Origin: Polyangiaceae bacterium
GTDB taxonomy: Bacteria > Myxococcota_A > Polyangia > Polyangiales > Polyangiaceae
Reading direction: 5' to 3'
DNA: 64,000 nucleotides
NCBI GenBank assembly: GCA_965222375.1
Contig: CBDCTZ010000014.1
Location: forward strand, 192,001 to 256,000
In this document: positions 54,678 to 64,000 of the stretch, piece by piece
How positions within the stretch are numbered: the stretch's first letter is position 1
Layout: each line of letters begins with the position of its first letter
Program-made: the position numbers and the translations under genes
Notes under the pieces: model-generated
Told to the model about the DNA's origin: nothing
The model's database searches: none
Seen by the model: only the letters and a program-made list of their open reading frames with translations

Positions 54678-56696
54678 TCATGGGATTACGAAGGCGAGCC
54701 AATCCAACGCCTGGGCAGCGACGAGGGAAGCGGCTGCTTCCTTGGGGCCGACGACGCGACCTCCGGGCGACAGCTCGGTGATGCTCGTGAGCGCTTCGCC
54801 CACCGATAGCCCCCGGGCGGCGAGCTTCGTGGTGTGGCGCAGAGAGGCCGGTGCGCTGCCCAGTTCGTCCTCGCCTCGCGTGAGTTGGTGGCGCGGGCCG
54901 GGCGCGAGAAGCGCACGATCGGGCGGGAGTAGACTGCGCGGGTCACCGTCGCTGATCACGATGGCGCCGGCCATCATTGGACTCGCCAGATCGAGGTCCA
55001 GAGGAAACTCGACCCGAGTCGGCTCTGGGCCACGGTAGAACATGGCGCGCCCCGCCTTCCAACTGCAGCTGGTGGCGACGCGATCGCGACCCTGATCGCG
55101 GATCGCCCGGAACACATTGACGGCTTCGACATAGCCCAGACTGACCAGGGTGTCGCCCAAGCGACCGCACGAGCGGCTAATCACGGCGAGAGCGCTTTCC
55201 AGCTGATCGCGCTGCAGCTGTCCGCGCCGGATCAAGTATTCTCCCAGCAGTTCCAATCGGTCGGAGGACGCAACATGGATCAGCCGCCCCTTACGTAGGT
55301 AGAGCTCTTTGCGCTGGGGTCCCTCGTCACTGCCCTTGTGTTCCAAGAACAGGCAGCCGGACTCGCTCTTGTGCCGCATGCGGGCCAACACCTCGAGCAT
55401 GGGGGTGTCTTCGAGCAATGCTTGGTAGTCCGGAGCTCCGGGCGAGAAGAGCTGGCTGGTCGTGGCGGTGGAAGATGGCGGCAGGTGGCGTGCAAGCTCC
55501 TCGATGTCTTCGATGAACCTCGGCTCGGCGTCCCAGAGCTTGACCGTGTCATCTCCGTCCAGTTCGCCGGTGGCGATCATCTCCAGCAGCCGCGAGAAAG
55601 TGACGGCGGTGGATTCCGAGCTGCCGGAGCGGGTCACGAAGGCTTCGGCTCCGACGGCGGGAAGCTTGGGCTGGCTACTGCTGCTGCCCCCGGCGCGTAC
55701 GCGCACCGCATGCATCCGCTGCACGGAATCCCGGACCTTTACCTGCACGCGTTCGGCCAATTCCTTGGAGTTCTTCGCGAAGGAAACCAGAGTTGCCAGC
55801 TGCGCCTGCAGTGAAACGGAATCCGAGCCTTCGAAAGGACGGAGCGCCTCAGATAGGGATGCGGCGTCGGCGAATCGCGCGTCAGGGTCCCGCGCCAGGG
55901 CGCGTTGACACAACTCGAACAGCCCCTTTGGCAGGGTGTGCTTGCGACGCTCCAAAGGTTCGACGTTCACATCGCGAATAGCCAAGAGCACCGCGAGTTG
56001 CCCGCTGCCCGGAAATACCCGCGCCCCGATCAGCAGCTCACCCAACATGGCAGCTAGGGCGAACAGATCGGCACGATGGTCGAAGGGCTCGCCGGCGATC
56101 TGCTCCGGGGACAGGTACGCAAACTTGCCCTTGAGCCCAGGTTGATGGGACGGCGCGCGCACGTGCTCAGCGACGCGGGCTATTCCAAAATCCCCGAGCT
56201 TTACCTCGCCCGCGATGGATAGGTAGATGTTGGACGGCGTGACGTCACGGTGCACGATCTCGAGCAAGTTGCCGGTCGCGTCTCGAGCGCCGTGAACCGC
56301 GCTGAGAGCCGAAGCGACTTTGCGAACGATGTGAACCGCGAGAGGGGCGGACATGCGTTGGTTTTCGGATTCCGACACACGCAACAGGCGGTACAGGTCG
56401 ACGCCGTCGACGTATTCCATTGCGAGGTAGGGCTCGTCGCCGACGATGCCCGCGCCGAAGACCTCGACCACGCACGGGTGGCTCACCCAACGGTGCAAGG
56501 CGGCCTCGCGTTCGAGTAGATCCAGCTGTTGGGACTCGCGCGCGGCGTCGAGGAGCCGCTTGACCACGAGCCTGGGCGCTGGCGAGTCGCCCTCCCGAGG
56601 TCGGGCCAAGTACACATCTGCGCTACCCCCAACGGCGAGGCGCCGTTCGAGCACGAACGGACCGAATGGGATTTCGCGCAACGGGTCCCGGGGCAC
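54678..56696 (-). CDS. Ser/Thr protein kinase with C-terminal DUF4388 (PatA-N)-like domain
   Basis: VVKR, HRDVTPSN, DFG, GKFAYLSPE; KELYLRKGRLIHVASS..ELLGEYL. Confidence 0.9.
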   Translation of the reverse strand: MPRDPLREIPFGPFVLERRLAVGGSADVYLARPREGDSPAPRLVVKRLLDAARESQQLDLLEREAALHRWVSHPCVVEVFGAGIVGDEPYLAMEYVDGVDLYRLLRVSESENQRMSAPLAVHIVRKVASALSAVHGARDATGNLLEIVHRDVTPSNIYLSIAGEVKLGDFGIARVAEHVRAPSHQPGLKGKFAYLSPEQIAGEPFDHRADLFALAAMLGELLIGARVFPGSGQLAVLLAIRDVNVEPLERRKHTLPKGLFELCQRALARDPDARFADAASLSEALRPFEGSDSVSLQAQLATLVSFAKNSKELAERVQVKVRDSVQRMHAVRVRAGGSSSSQPKLPAVGAEAFVTRSGSSESTAVTFSRLLEMIATGELDGDDTVKLWDAEPRFIEDIEELARHLPPSSTATTSQLFSPGAPDYQALLEDTPMLEVLARMRHKSESGCLFLEHKGSDEGPQRKELYLRKGRLIHVASSDRLELLGEYLIRRGQLQRDQLESALAVISRSCGRLGDTLVSLGYVEAVNVFRAIRDQGRDRVATSCSWKAGRAMFYRGPEPTRVEFPLDLDLASPMMAGAIVISDGDPRSLLPPDRALLAPGPRHQLTRGEDELGSAPASLRHTTKLAARGLSVGEALTSITELSPGGRVVGPKEAAASLVAAQALDWLAFVIP

Positions 56697-56786
56697 CGCC
56701 CGGGATTATTCCAGGATGCGACAAAAGCTGCGAGGAGGGCTTGCGATCTGGCGCGTTTTCGCCCACTTCAGTAGGGACTTTTCGCC

Positions 56787-58397
56787 ATGACTTTCCGACC
56801 GGTCGCTAGGGGGTGGCTGTTGGGGCTTCTTGCCGCCGCGCTGGCGACCCTTTGTCTTGCTGCAAGCTGTCAGAAAAACAGCCCACCCCCCACGACGCCA
56901 GAGCCGAAACCGTCGCTGCGGATCTGGTTGGTATCGACCCTGGCGGGAGCCCTCGAACCCTGCGGCTGTCGCAAGGACATGCTCGGTGGTGTGGATCATG
57001 CGGCGGCACTGACTCGAGGGAATGCCGCCAAGGCGCAGCTGTTTCTCGGTGCAGGCCCCTTGTTCTTCATGAACCCCAGGCTGGACGAGCAGGCCAAAAC
57101 CCAGGACCTCTGGAAGGCCGAAGCACTAGCGGACTCCCTGAACTCGATGTCATTGGCGGCTTGGGCCCCGGGTGCCAACGATTGGGCTGCCGGCAAGGAC
57201 TCCCTTGCCGCCCTTGCCAAGCGCTCCGGTGCTCGCCCTTTGGCGGCCAATCTTCAAGGGGGCGCCGCGGAGCCGGTGCGCGTGGTCGACGCGGGTGGCC
57301 TCAAGGTGGGGATTGCTGGCATCAGCGCTCCTCTCGTTTCCGGCGCTGCGCCTGAAGGGGTGACGGTCAAGGACGCGGCTGCAGCGTTGAAGAAGGCCAA
57401 GAGCCAACTGGACAAGCGGGGCGCCCAAGTACGCATTGCGCTGCTGTCCCTGAAACGGGGCCAAGCGCTTCGCCTGATGGAGGACGTCACGGGCTTTCAC
57501 CTGGCGCTGATCGGCAAACCCTTCGACCGAGGCGAGGCCAACGACGCGCCGACCCCACCCGTGCTAATTGGCCCCACTCTCGTGGTGGAGGCGCCCAACC
57601 ATCTCCAAGCCTTGGCTCGGGTCGACTTCTACATGCGGGATGGCAGCACGGACTTCCGAGATGGCACGGGTGTCGCTGTTGCTGAGCGTCGCACCCGCCT
57701 CGCGAGCCGACTGCGAGAGCTCTCGGATCGCATCGCGGCTTGGGAGAAGTTGGGTAGCGTCAACGCGGCGGATCTCAAGGCTCGGAAGAAAGAGCGAGAC
57801 GCCGTGCGAAAGGAGTTGGAGGGCCTGAAAGAGCCCGCTCCGCCCAAGAGTGGCAGCTATTTTCGCTACGCGCTGCAAGAAGTGAAACAGAGCTCCGGAA
57901 ACGACGCGAAGGTAGCGAAGAAACTGCTTTCCTACTTCAAGCGGGTCAACGAGCACAATCGCAAGGCCTTCAAGGATCGCGTTCCGCCGGAAGTGCCCGA
58001 AGGCAAGAGCCGCTACCTCGGCGTTCAGAGTTGCGCCGCATGCCACGCGGAGGAGGTCACGTTCTGGCGCAAGACGGGGCACTCCCGGGCCTATGCAACC
58101 CTGGAGAAGGAGCACAAGCAGTTCAATCTGGACTGCGTGAGTTGCCACGTGACCGGCTACGAAAAGCCCGGCGGTTCGACGGTGACTCACGTGAAGACGC
58201 TGAAGAACGTCGGTTGTGAGAACTGCCATGGCCCCGGGGCCCGGCATGTGGACGACCCGCAGAACAAATCCCTGATCACCCTGAAGCCCGACAAGGCGCT
58301 ATGCGCTTCCGAGTGCCACCACCCGCCCCATGTAGCCAAGACCTGGAGCGTGGACAGTGCCTGGAAGAACATCATCGGTCCGGGCCACGGCGGTTGA
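56787..58397 (+). CDS. Exported UshA-like (degenerate metallophosphoesterase) protein fused to a multiheme cytochrome c
   Basis: GALEPCGC....GG motif; heme motifs CAACH, CVSCH, CENCH and CASECH. Confidence 0.82.
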   Translation: MTFRPVARGWLLGLLAAALATLCLAASCQKNSPPPTTPEPKPSLRIWLVSTLAGALEPCGCRKDMLGGVDHAAALTRGNAAKAQLFLGAGPLFFMNPRLDEQAKTQDLWKAEALADSLNSMSLAAWAPGANDWAAGKDSLAALAKRSGARPLAANLQGGAAEPVRVVDAGGLKVGIAGISAPLVSGAAPEGVTVKDAAAALKKAKSQLDKRGAQVRIALLSLKRGQALRLMEDVTGFHLALIGKPFDRGEANDAPTPPVLIGPTLVVEAPNHLQALARVDFYMRDGSTDFRDGTGVAVAERRTRLASRLRELSDRIAAWEKLGSVNAADLKARKKERDAVRKELEGLKEPAPPKSGSYFRYALQEVKQSSGNDAKVAKKLLSYFKRVNEHNRKAFKDRVPPEVPEGKSRYLGVQSCAACHAEEVTFWRKTGHSRAYATLEKEHKQFNLDCVSCHVTGYEKPGGSTVTHVKTLKNVGCENCHGPGARHVDDPQNKSLITLKPDKALCASECHHPPHVAKTWSVDSAWKNIIGPGHGG

Positions 58398-58559
58398 GCC
58401 AACTCGGCGCGCTCCCGATTCAGTCGCCCGAGCGGGTAGTTGACGGTACGAAAACCTACGTTCCGCTGGCAGGCGGCGACGCAGAGTGCGATTGCTGCGG
58501 CGCTGACACGTCAATACATGCAAGCCATGCGTCTCGAGTGAGGCAATGGTTGCGCGCTC

Positions 58560-59654
58560 TTAGCGCGCCTCGGGTTTTCTGATCACGTAGAAGAAGTCTC
58601 GCGGCTCGGCGCGATGAATGTAGCCGCGCTTGCGGTGCTCCATCTTGGGCACCAGAGTCGACGTGACCTGTAGCGGAGCGTCCGCCTTGGGCTTGCCGAA
58701 GATCAGGAAGCGGGTCCAATAGTAGTTGATATCGAGCTGGGCCGCGTGGTGAGCGCCCGCCGTCTTCAACCCGAGGGCCAACTCCTTGGGGCCTGTCTCG
58801 TCGCCGAATCCGTAGAACAGGATGCGACCCGTCTTGTCCAAAGCGATCGCTGAGCGCCGCCGGGTTTTCCGCTTGGGGTCTTGACCGCCCCAACGTCGCT
58901 CGTTGCGTCTTGCAAGGTCGGGGTGAAGTTGACCCTCTTCGAGGATGCACGCTGGTGCCTGGCGCCAGGCATGCATCTGGTCCACATCGCCCTCCAACGC
59001 CGGCCAGGAGCGCAATCGAACGCGCCCGTCCTTGTAGAACGCGATTGTGCAACCGTCGGGTCGCGGCGGAAGAAAGACGCGCCCATCTTTCATCATGCCG
59101 TAGCGACCGTGCCGTGCCTGCCAGCTTCCGTTGAAGGCTGCTAGAATGTGCTCGCGCTCCGCCTGGGGTACGAGTCCGGAGCGTTGCTCCTTTGGAACCG
59201 CATCGGACTTGGGCTCGTCGACGCCTGCCACGATGTTGGCTCGGGCGCGGTCCAGGTCCATCGCAACGATGGTGACCTTCTTCCACTTGCTGACCTTGTG
59301 CGGGCGTACGACAGTTCGGTACAGAAGGTGTGGCTTGACCGCGGCGTTTTCGCGACGCTTCGCTGCCCCAAGTGGTTGCCATTCGCCGTCACCGGGTTGC
59401 GCGGATCGTTTATGGGGGGGGGTGAAGTTCGGGGGTGGGAACGCAGCTTTGGGAGAACCAGCGTCCGGGGCAGGCGCGTCCGTGCCCGCATCGCTCCCCT
59501 GGGGCGCAGAATGCGGAGCACTGGCGGTCGGAGTCGGCGCACGAGGCCGAGCGCTTGCCGACTCGTGGCTCTCGGGTGAATTGGTGTGAGCGGCGCAGGC
59601 GCTAGTGAGTCCCAATGCTCCGCCCAAAACTCGGCGACCCCATCGCTTCAGCAT
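58560..59654 (-). CDS. Phosphodiester glycosidase (NAGPA-like) lipoprotein
   Basis: Lipobox TSAC; AAFNGSW, RRSAIAL, GAHHAAQLDIN. Confidence 0.65.
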   Translation of the reverse strand: MLKRWGRRVLGGALGLTSACAAHTNSPESHESASARPRAPTPTASAPHSAPQGSDAGTDAPAPDAGSPKAAFPPPNFTPPHKRSAQPGDGEWQPLGAAKRRENAAVKPHLLYRTVVRPHKVSKWKKVTIVAMDLDRARANIVAGVDEPKSDAVPKEQRSGLVPQAEREHILAAFNGSWQARHGRYGMMKDGRVFLPPRPDGCTIAFYKDGRVRLRSWPALEGDVDQMHAWRQAPACILEEGQLHPDLARRNERRWGGQDPKRKTRRRSAIALDKTGRILFYGFGDETGPKELALGLKTAGAHHAAQLDINYYWTRFLIFGKPKADAPLQVTSTLVPKMEHRKRGYIHRAEPRDFFYVIRKPEAR

Positions 59655-59854
59655 TGGTGCAAGTTTAGCGGATGGCCCCGGGCTTGCCGAAATTCGGGCG
59701 GCATTGCGGCGACGCCTCTTGAATCGCAGCCGTGCACAGACTGAGGACAGGACCGGTTGATGGACGGCCATTGACGCCTGTTATTCACTATGCGACCGGT
59801 TTTTCGAATCGTTCGTGGAGGCACCCGTCTCACGAGCAGGGAGGCATCGAAACC

Positions 59855-60544
59855 ATGATTCGACATATTACGGCTCTTTCCACATTGCTTGCGGTTGGTG
59901 GACTTGTGACTGGCTGCGTCGTGCATCAGCGCGCGCCCAATGATCCCCCACCCCCAGCGGTGGCACCGGCTCCAGCCCCGACTGCGGCCCCCGCCCCGGC
60001 TCCCACTGCGGCTCCCGCGCCCGCGCCCGCGCCCACGGACGAGATTGCGGTGGATCCGGAGGATCCCCCTCCAGTTGCGACACCTCTTCCGCCCCAAGAG
60101 ACCGTGGAAGCGCCTCCTCCCACTCCCGGTCTGGCCGAGAGACTACCCGACGGCGTTGGTGATGGTCGTCCCAAGGGAATCGAGCCCGGAGCGCCCGTGG
60201 CCTATTGGATCTGGCGCAACAAGGCCGGGATCTGGAAGCTCCGCACCACGACCGCGAAGAAGCTGCATCAGTTCCGCGGCCGGGTGAAGGGCCTGAAGCA
60301 CGCCATAAAGAAGGTGCGTCCCTCGCGCCAGGAGTTCGGCGATCGCATGGCGAAGGGTACGGGCGGCGAAGTGTTCTTCCGCTTCCACACCAAGGGCCAC
60401 GTCGATGGCTTCGACTTCAAGGTGCCCGGCTGCGTGCGCTTCGACCTGCAGCTGGACAAGGGGCCCGCGCAGAAGCGGGTCTTCATCGGCAAGACCTCGA
60501 TGAAGCCAAAGAACAATCACTTCGTGCTCTGCCCAGGTAAGTAA
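59855..60544 (+). CDS. Pro/Ala-rich lipoprotein
   Basis: GGAGG RBS; lipobox VTGC; PAPAPTA repeats. Confidence 0.78.
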   Translation: MIRHITALSTLLAVGGLVTGCVVHQRAPNDPPPPAVAPAPAPTAAPAPAPTAAPAPAPAPTDEIAVDPEDPPPVATPLPPQETVEAPPPTPGLAERLPDGVGDGRPKGIEPGAPVAYWIWRNKAGIWKLRTTTAKKLHQFRGRVKGLKHAIKKVRPSRQEFGDRMAKGTGGEVFFRFHTKGHVDGFDFKVPGCVRFDLQLDKGPAQKRVFIGKTSMKPKNNHFVLCPGK

Positions 60545-60560
60545 CGGCTCTAAGCCGAGA

Positions 60561-60597
60561 AAACGGCGCGACCGCGTTTGAACGCGGCGCGCCGTTT
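60561..60597. terminator. Hairpin between convergent genes (likely bidirectional terminator)
   Basis: AAACGGCGCG-A-CCGCGTT-TG-AACGCGG-CGCGCCGTTT. Confidence 0.7.
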
Positions 60598-60633
60598 CCA
60601 ATTTTGTCTGCTGGACAGCTGCGGAAAGCAGTT

Positions 60634-62091
60634 TCAGGTCAGCATGGTTCCGAGGAAGCGACCGCGCCGGTAGCTGATGGCATAGACCAGCGCAAAGGCG
60701 AAGTAGGTGGCCGCGACCGCATACCAAAGGTTCTCGATGGGCCAGGACAACCCGAGCACGACCAGCACGCAGGCGGGGACTTGGAGGAGTAGCACCACGA
60801 GTCCGTCCAGGGTCAAGGTCTGCTTCGTGGCGCCGGCGCCTTGGATCGCTGAGCCGAGTACGATGCCTAGGCCCAGGCCGACGTAGCTCGGGCCCACGAC
60901 GTCCACGTAGCTTTGGCCCAGGGCCACGACTTCCTGTCGTCGGTCGAAGAATCCGATGATCTCTGCGCCGTAGCTGCGATACGCCAAGGCCAGGAGCGCC
61001 ATCATCGCGGCGTTGTAGAGTGCTGCATACCAACCACTGGCCTTGGCCCGGGGCGCGTTGCCGGCTCCCAGGTTTTGCCCCATGAAGGTCTGGGCCGCGC
61101 TGCCCCAGCCGAGACCGACAAAAAGCGCCATGGTTTCGAGGCGGAAGATGATGCCTAGTGCCGTCGTGGCGGCCTGGTCTTGCTCCGTGGTGTAGGCGCG
61201 AGCCACCAAGGAATGCACGAAGAGCATGGCCGCGATGCGCACGACTAGTTGGGCGCTCGATGGCCATCCGATGCTCCAGATCGAGCGCAGCACCGAGGCG
61301 TTGGGGCCTTGGCGACTATCGGCGCCAAACAACTTGAATCGCTTGGCGATGAGCCATACCAGCGGCGCTAGAACGACCAACCTCGCCAGTAGCGTGGCCC
61401 AGGCCGCGCCCATCAGCTCCATACGCGGGATGCCCAAAGCCTTGGCGATGGGTGGGCCCCAGCCGAACACGGTCGGTGCATCGCCGGGGCCGTAGACCAG
61501 CAACACCGCCAGCACGAGGTTGAGGGCGTTCGACGTGATCAACATGCTGACTGGGGTCTTGCTGCTGCCCAGCGCGCGTTGGAGTGTCGTGAGGTGCAGA
61601 AGAAAGAAGATCGTGAAGCTCCCGCCAACCAGTACCCGCAGGTAGCTCGCACCCAGGATAGCCACTTCCCCCTTGGCTCCCACGACGTCCACCATCAGCG
61701 CGTCGGCGCCGAGGATGCCTAGTAACCCGAAGCCCAAGGACAGTGCGCCCACGAACAGCACCGACTGCCACGCCACCCGCCGGGCGCCGGCCTTGTCGCC
61801 CTGCCCCCACTTTCGACTCACGATCGCGGCGGTGGCGACGGAAAGGCCGTAGCTGATGATGGTGCCAAGAGCTGCGAGCTGATCACAGATACCGATGGCG
61901 CCGAGAGCGGGTTCCGCGACCTCGGCGTCTAAGCGCGAGATCACGTAAGCATCCACCAGGTTGAAAGTGGTCTGCAGGCCCATGCCTAGAGCCAGCGGCG
62001 TGCCGAAGCGAGCTACTGCGGCCGGGAGGTTACCGCCCAATATGCGTTGAGCCGTGCGGTCTTGTGCGGAGAGGGGGGGCGTCTCAGCCAT
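60634..62091 (-). CDS. MATE family efflux transporter
   Basis: About 12 TMs; LQTTFNLVD, RALGSSKTP, GAAWAT, GQNLGAG motifs. Confidence 0.9.
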   Translation of the reverse strand: MAETPPLSAQDRTAQRILGGNLPAAVARFGTPLALGMGLQTTFNLVDAYVISRLDAEVAEPALGAIGICDQLAALGTIISYGLSVATAAIVSRKWGQGDKAGARRVAWQSVLFVGALSLGFGLLGILGADALMVDVVGAKGEVAILGASYLRVLVGGSFTIFFLLHLTTLQRALGSSKTPVSMLITSNALNLVLAVLLVYGPGDAPTVFGWGPPIAKALGIPRMELMGAAWATLLARLVVLAPLVWLIAKRFKLFGADSRQGPNASVLRSIWSIGWPSSAQLVVRIAAMLFVHSLVARAYTTEQDQAATTALGIIFRLETMALFVGLGWGSAAQTFMGQNLGAGNAPRAKASGWYAALYNAAMMALLALAYRSYGAEIIGFFDRRQEVVALGQSYVDVVGPSYVGLGLGIVLGSAIQGAGATKQTLTLDGLVVLLLQVPACVLVVLGLSWPIENLWYAVAATYFAFALVYAISYRRGRFLGTMLT

Positions 62092-63052
62092 CGGCGCCGA
62101 CTCGCTCGAAGCAAGTATCGGGGACGCTTCGCTTTCGTCGCGCGAGTCGGGTGGATTTGACGAAGCGCGCCGAAACTGGGTCGTTGTAGCCGCTCGCGTG
62201 CACCTCATCGTCGCCATTGGCGTAGAACCGCACGATGCGAGCCATCAGCAGCTCCCGAACCCACTTTCCTACCAGAGATGCGAGCATCACCAAGGGGTCT
62301 TTCGCGTCGGCATCCTGAATGAAATGCAGCTCGCCCAGCCCCGGGAAACGGTACGCGCTGTGAGGGCGCTTTTCCGCGATGATGGCATGCAGGCGATCGC
62401 TGAGCGGCCCGAAGAAGCGCGAGTACTCCCCAATGCCACCGACCTTGCCGCAGGTGGCGTGCACATCGGCACCCGCCTCTGCGCGCAGCGTCAGCACGAG
62501 GCGCTCCATGGCGTGTAGGTCGACGCTGAACCGCGTCAGTCCCTCTGCTTTGGCGTCATTGAGAAGACGCGTGCAGGTCACGCTCGAGCGAACGGAACAC
62601 ACCTCCACGCCCTTGCCGCGTAGCGTTTCGAGATGCCTGGTCACTCGCGCGAGCATGTCCTCGGGCGCGCTCAGGTCGTCCCCCGCGCTGGCCCAGCATT
62701 GGGCGGCAACGCCTTTGGGGCAGGGACGACGTAGGGCCTCGCGTCCTTCCAGCAGCAGGCTGTCCAGCACATCGTCGGCTCGCGTTGCGGAAGGAGCAGC
62801 CAGCACCCGGGCCCAGGCTTCGCCCAAAGCGACATTGCCATGGGCTACCAGGCGCTTCGAGTCGTCCAAGTCCGCCGCGATTCGCTTGGGGAGACGCCGC
62901 GCCAAGGTCCGAGCTCCGCTTGCATCGACTCGTGCCAGCACGGCGGTGACCACGAGAGGGCCAAGCCTGGCGCCCAAGCCGTTTTCGTCCGCTCCAATTC
63001 TGAACAGATAGGGCGGCCCCGCGCCCCGGGGATCTTGGAGTCGCGCGCTCAA
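62084..63052 (-). CDS. Ribonuclease HII-like protein (divergent)
   Basis: IGADENGLGARLGPLVV, DDSKRL, DAD....V.LASLVGKWVRE, SGY. Confidence 0.72.
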   Translation of the reverse strand: MSARLQDPRGAGPPYLFRIGADENGLGARLGPLVVTAVLARVDASGARTLARRLPKRIAADLDDSKRLVAHGNVALGEAWARVLAAPSATRADDVLDSLLLEGREALRRPCPKGVAAQCWASAGDDLSAPEDMLARVTRHLETLRGKGVEVCSVRSSVTCTRLLNDAKAEGLTRFSVDLHAMERLVLTLRAEAGADVHATCGKVGGIGEYSRFFGPLSDRLHAIIAEKRPHSAYRFPGLGELHFIQDADAKDPLVMLASLVGKWVRELLMARIVRFYANGDDEVHASGYNDPVSARFVKSTRLARRKRSVPDTCFERVGADG

Positions 63053-63097
63053 CGCGGCGCAGCATAGCGCAGCTTTGGGCCGAAGAAAGTGGCTAAC

Positions 63098-63346
63098 TCA
63101 GCCGCCCGCGACAGGGGGAATCACGGCTACCACGTCGCCGCTCTGAACAGCTTCATCGGGATCCGCGAAGCACTCATTGATCGCGAAGCGCACGCCACCG
63201 AGCTTGTCCTTCAATTCCGGGTGCAGCTCTGGCAGCACCGCGATCAGATCGCCGAGGGTACGCACCGGCTGGGTAATGGTCAGCTCTTCTTCCGGGCGCC
63301 CAACCAAATCCCGCACGGCTGCAAAGTAGAGCATGGTCACGGTCAT
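63098..63346 (-). CDS. moaD: Molybdopterin synthase sulfur carrier subunit
   Basis: MLYFAAVRDLVG...RFAINE...GDVVAVIPPVAGG (C-terminal GG). Confidence 0.9.
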   Translation of the reverse strand: MTVTMLYFAAVRDLVGRPEEELTITQPVRTLGDLIAVLPELHPELKDKLGGVRFAINECFADPDEAVQSGDVVAVIPPVAGG

Positions 63347-63870
63347 GACTCGGATTGCTCCAGGTAGCGCTGCACGCCGTCGCTCACGCTCAGCAAGTTT
63401 GGCGTGATCTTCTTGACCAGAAAGTCCTCCACGCTCTGACCGACTCGCGAGCTGAGTAGGCGAGGAACTCCCTTGATCTTCGACGTGTCTATCTCGATCT
63501 TGCCGCGGATCTCCACGCGGGTGCCGCCCTCGACCTCGACGAATCGGTTCTTGCCCGAGCAGCGCACAGCTTCGGTGAAGGAACGCGTTTCGATCCGCCA
63601 CTCGCAGGTATGGTCTGACTCGTTCCAGGTTGCGTAGTCGGTCCACGACAGCATGGACTCGCTGAGCACGACTCGCGCAGCCGAAGGGATGTCCCCGCCG
63701 CCACGCCACTCGTTGACGAAGCGAACGGTATTGCCACTCTCCTCCCGGGACTTGACGTCGATGCCACGAATGTTGGGCAGGTAGTCCACGAGCTTCTCCA
63801 GGTCGTCGCGATAGGCCTGAAACACGACCGGCAGCGGGAACGGGATCGTGCAGTCTGCGGAGAGATCCAT
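63343..63870 (-). CDS. SRPBCC/START-fold protein (DUF2505-like)
   Basis: YRDDL..LV.YLPNI, W.GGG.IP, GTRVEIRGKIEID; ATGA overlap with moaD. Confidence 0.75.
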   Translation of the reverse strand: MDLSADCTIPFPLPVVFQAYRDDLEKLVDYLPNIRGIDVKSREESGNTVRFVNEWRGGGDIPSAARVVLSESMLSWTDYATWNESDHTCEWRIETRSFTEAVRCSGKNRFVEVEGGTRVEIRGKIEIDTSKIKGVPRLLSSRVGQSVEDFLVKKITPNLLSVSDGVQRYLEQSES

Positions 63871-63873
63871 GGG

Positions 63874-63999
63874 CTACAATCCGTAAGCGAAGCCCAAGCT
63901 CGGTGCGATGACCGGCGCAAACTCGGGGAAGGCCGCGCGCCCGACCACTTCCACCACCATCGCCGCTTCGGGCATGACGGCGTATTGCACGCCTGCGCC
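63874..63999 (-). CDS. C-terminus of a probable outer-membrane beta-barrel protein (partial)
   Basis: Open frame GAGVQYAVMPEAAMVVEVV...PSLGFAYGL ending TAG at 63874-63876. Confidence 0.6.
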   Translation of the reverse strand, partial: GAGVQYAVMPEAAMVVEVVGRAAFPEFAPVIAPSLGFAYGL

Positions 64000-64000
64000 C

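Overview
GC-rich window, most likely from a myxobacterium (Myxococcota, Polyangiaceae-like). This is inferred from MYXO-CTERM proteins, a GKADG motif, TSP3-OmpA, Gly-linker lipoproteins and a Ser/Thr kinase. Core genes: rpmH-rnpA-yidD-yidC-jag (detached from dnaA and mnmE), rpmG, MlaD, acyl-CoA dehydrogenase, MATE, an RNase HII-like gene and moaD. Top candidate for an undescribed system (0.56-4.34 kb): a DUF222-like/HNH/RuvA-C nuclease gene bracketed by two inward-pointing, diverged ~220-bp copies of a structured element with a compensatory base-pair change. The gene carries three in-frame copies of an 18-bp palindrome, and a fourth perfect copy sits exactly where a neighbouring outer-membrane gene is truncated. 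An intact IS50/Tn5-like element (9-bp TSD, Tn5-like 19-bp ends) has inserted into one arm. Also found: an ArsC/Spx-like selenoprotein (in-frame TGA in UxxC) cut short by the ORF track, a dispersed REP/REPIN-like family, a 140-bp direct repeat next to a tRNA-Leu-like 3' fragment, a candidate nucleotidyltransferase TA pair, and several unusual domain fusions. Several homopolymer frameshifts may be assembly errors. All family assignments come from motif recognition by eye; no database search was run.
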